The position numbers and the translations under genes were made by a program. Positions 60,396 through 62,226 of a stretch of 62,226 bases of DNA are shown here, in pieces. Numbering within the stretch: position 1 is the stretch's first letter; every line of letters begins with the position of its first letter. Under the pieces are notes generated by a model. That model was not told where the DNA came from, did no database searches, and saw only the letters and a program-made list of their open reading frames with translations. Source of the stretch: an uncultured Marinoscillum sp. (lineage in GTDB: Bacteria; Bacteroidota; Bacteroidia; Cytophagales; MED-G16); contig CAZKLB010000004.1 of NCBI GenBank assembly GCA_964553685.1, positions 18,704-80,929 of the forward strand, written 5' to 3'.

Positions 60396-61583
60396 TCATT
60401 TTTTCATAATCCAATTTTCTGGATTCAACTTTATATTATTTTTCCATACCTGAAATTGAAGTTCGGTTATTCCATCTGAATTAGTTACTAAATCCGCTAT
60501 TATGTCACCAGTAGATATAATATCTCCCTTAACTACTTTCAGATTTTTTAATTTTGCATAAAGAGTATAATATTCGCCGTGATTTATTATAATAACATTA
60601 TTCATACCTGGAATAAATGCTACAGTTGAAACTTTCCCAGAATAAATTGCATATACTTTTGAAGATTTTTTAGTCTGAATGTCGATACCATCATTCTTGA
60701 TTTTTACATTTCTAATTATTGGATGAGGATGCTCCCCAAATTTATTAGAAATAAATCCTGAATTTACTGGCCAATCTAATTTACCTACACTTGATTCAAA
60801 ACCCTCGGTTAGCTCAAGAAGATTAACATCGATATCGTCAACTAGAATTGATTTTTCCTTCTCTTTTCTTATAATATCTCTTATAAGTTCATCTAACCTA
60901 GCCAATGATTCCCGTCTATTTTTTATTTCTTTTCTTATATTTTTTTGTTTTTTATTCAAACTAGATATAACATTTTTTTGTCTATTCTTAAGTTTTTGAA
61001 GCTTATTATTTTCTCTAAGTTCGTCTTTTAGTAACCTATTTTTGACCTCTTTAACCTTGACGATATTTTCTTTTTGACCTGATAATGTTGCCTTCACTTT
61101 ATCAATCTCAACTATTTGTTTTTTTCTAAGATCTGAATACTGAAAAATATAGTTTAATCTTCTAAACATCTGATTGTAATTTTCTGATGAGAAGATATAT
61201 CCAAGCTTATCAAGAGAAGACCTAGACTTATATGAATAAAAAATCATATCAGAATATTCTTTATTTAGAATTTCTAGATCATTTGTAAGGGATATAATAA
61301 GATCTTGAATAAATCCAATTTCTTTATTTTGTTTTGTTATATCATATCTTAGGTTCTGAATTAAATTTTGCCTGTTTTTAATTTGTTTATTTATAACCTT
61401 TAATTTTCCAATAGTAACATTTTTAGATTGTTCGGTCTCCTCTAATATTTTTTCTGCTTCATTAATTTTTTTGAGATTAATATTTCTTTCGGATTCAAGA
61501 GATGATTTTGTTTGATTTTGAGCATTAATAAAAATCGATAAAGAGAATATAATTATGAAAATGCTATATTTTTTTAACAGCAT
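60396..61583 (-). CDS. EnvC-like murein hydrolase activator (coiled coil plus degenerate M23/LytM domain)
   Basis: Long coiled coil, GKLDWPV, NDGIDI, GEYYTLY, LQFQVW; M23 zinc His residues not conserved. Confidence 0.88.
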   Translation of the reverse strand: MLLKKYSIFIIIFSLSIFINAQNQTKSSLESERNINLKKINEAEKILEETEQSKNVTIGKLKVINKQIKNRQNLIQNLRYDITKQNKEIGFIQDLIISLTNDLEILNKEYSDMIFYSYKSRSSLDKLGYIFSSENYNQMFRRLNYIFQYSDLRKKQIVEIDKVKATLSGQKENIVKVKEVKNRLLKDELRENNKLQKLKNRQKNVISSLNKKQKNIRKEIKNRRESLARLDELIRDIIRKEKEKSILVDDIDVNLLELTEGFESSVGKLDWPVNSGFISNKFGEHPHPIIRNVKIKNDGIDIQTKKSSKVYAIYSGKVSTVAFIPGMNNVIIINHGEYYTLYAKLKNLKVVKGDIISTGDIIADLVTNSDGITELQFQVWKNNIKLNPENWIMKK

Positions 61584-62226
61584 ATTTTGATGGAATATTA
61601 AATGGAAATTTCAGGGGTTTATTTGTTCTCTCTACTTCCTTATAATTAAAATTAATATTATTTATTATTGGTACTGAACTGTTTTCAAGATAACTAATAG
61701 AAGTAAATAAGTGTCTTCCAGGAAAAAGAATATTACCCAAGGGCTTAAAGTTCTCATAATCAACGGTTAATAGGTAATTGGTTATTTCATCAAAAAGAAT
61801 AAGCTTTTCAATTTTAGATGTTTTCATATTAACTAAATTTTGAGACTGAATTGATTCCTTTTGTTGAACTATCTTGAAGTATGTACCTTCTTTAAGTAAT
61901 TGATCATTTGAAGATATATCATAAAGTAGATTACCAATTAATATTGATTCAAGTTGTTGAAAATTTAATTTGATTTTAAATGTTTTCTCAATTATATCTG
62001 GAGAAGAAATAATAACTTGTTTGTTAACTCTATCAATTATAGTTAACTCATCTTTAGTAATTAAACCTCTTGCAGCTTCTACACCTAGTGCAACTCTTAC
62101 TGAAAACCAAATCTTTTCATCTCTCTCAATTCTTGTATTGAGTGTAGCATTTATTAACTGATTTTCATTTTTGTACTGAAATTTAGATTTTGTAGATAAA
62201 TATTTAAAATCTACTTCATCAACCTC
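61564..62226 (-). CDS. DUF4292 family protein, 5' end outside the window
   Basis: Hand translation gives an open frame from 62226: EVDEVDFKYLSTKSK..RIERDEKIWFSV..LGVEAARGLIT..IIDRVNK..LIGN..FPFNIPSKY. The ORF track shows only its last 87 aa. Confidence 0.85.
   Translation of the reverse strand, partial: EVDEVDFKYLSTKSKFQYKNENQLINATLNTRIERDEKIWFSVRVALGVEAARGLITKDELTIIDRVNKQVIISSPDIIEKTFKIKLNFQQLESILIGNLLYDISSNDQLLKEGTYFKIVQQKESIQSQNLVNMKTSKIEKLILFDEITNYLLTVDYENFKPLGNILFPGRHLFTSISYLENSSVPIINNINFNYKEVERTNKPLKFPFNIPSKYAVKKI

Noticed and set aside
60396-60800. Missing zinc ligands in the M23 domain as pseudogenisation
   Set aside because: A degenerate LytM site is the normal state of EnvC-type activators.
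545-61000. Many short ORF-track entries antisense to or nested in long genes (e.g. 545-844, 2101-2436, 9778-10011, 11860-12180, 38614-38877, 49722-49995, 53997-54263, 59687-59956)
   Set aside because: They are shadow frames of well-supported genes, with no motifs and no independent start context.
1-62226. CRISPR array, rRNA, riboswitch, insertion sequence or prophage
   Set aside because: No spaced direct repeats, transposase, phage structural genes or conserved RNA motifs seen; intergenic gaps are mostly too short. A covariance-model search was not possible.

Overview
A 62 kb piece of ordinary chromosome from a very AT-rich, tightly packed Bacteroidota genome. Type IX secretion genes (porU, porV, sprA), gldH and TAnnTTTG-type promoter boxes identify the phylum. 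Photolyases and minimal intergenic DNA suggest a streamlined, sunlit-water lineage (inference). The right half (about 35-62 kb) is mostly conserved housekeeping and envelope genes: rlmB, purD, gldH, porV, porU, pssA, an Omp85-type protein, YicC family, TonB, gcvH, sprA, ruvA, tatA, EnvC-like and DUF4292. The left half is more accessory. It holds (i) an OsmC gene coupled to a His/CxxC/RGPP leader-type protein ahead of an acidic lipoprotein, resembling DUF2946/CruR metal-sensing arrest peptides; (ii) a light/UV-stress cluster with a GIY-YIG nuclease, SRPBCC, SDR, flavin reductase, an ORF-track-missed DUF2256 protein, an Fe-S-less bacterial (6-4) photolyase and a CRY-DASH; (iii) a T9SS-secreted beta-helix protein; (iv) nucleoside hydrolase, ribokinase and a phosphatase; (v) an orphan P19/FetP-like metal-binding protein with an apparent Met-to-His ligand swap, divergent from an unknown membrane protein; (vi) an NTF2-ABM fusion lipoprotein, thrBC without thrA, and a tRNA-Ala(GGC) one base after a stop codon. 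I found no integrase, transposase, CRISPR array, rRNA or prophage. Family calls come from motifs read by eye, not from database searches. No single system is demonstrably new; the best candidates are listed under findings.
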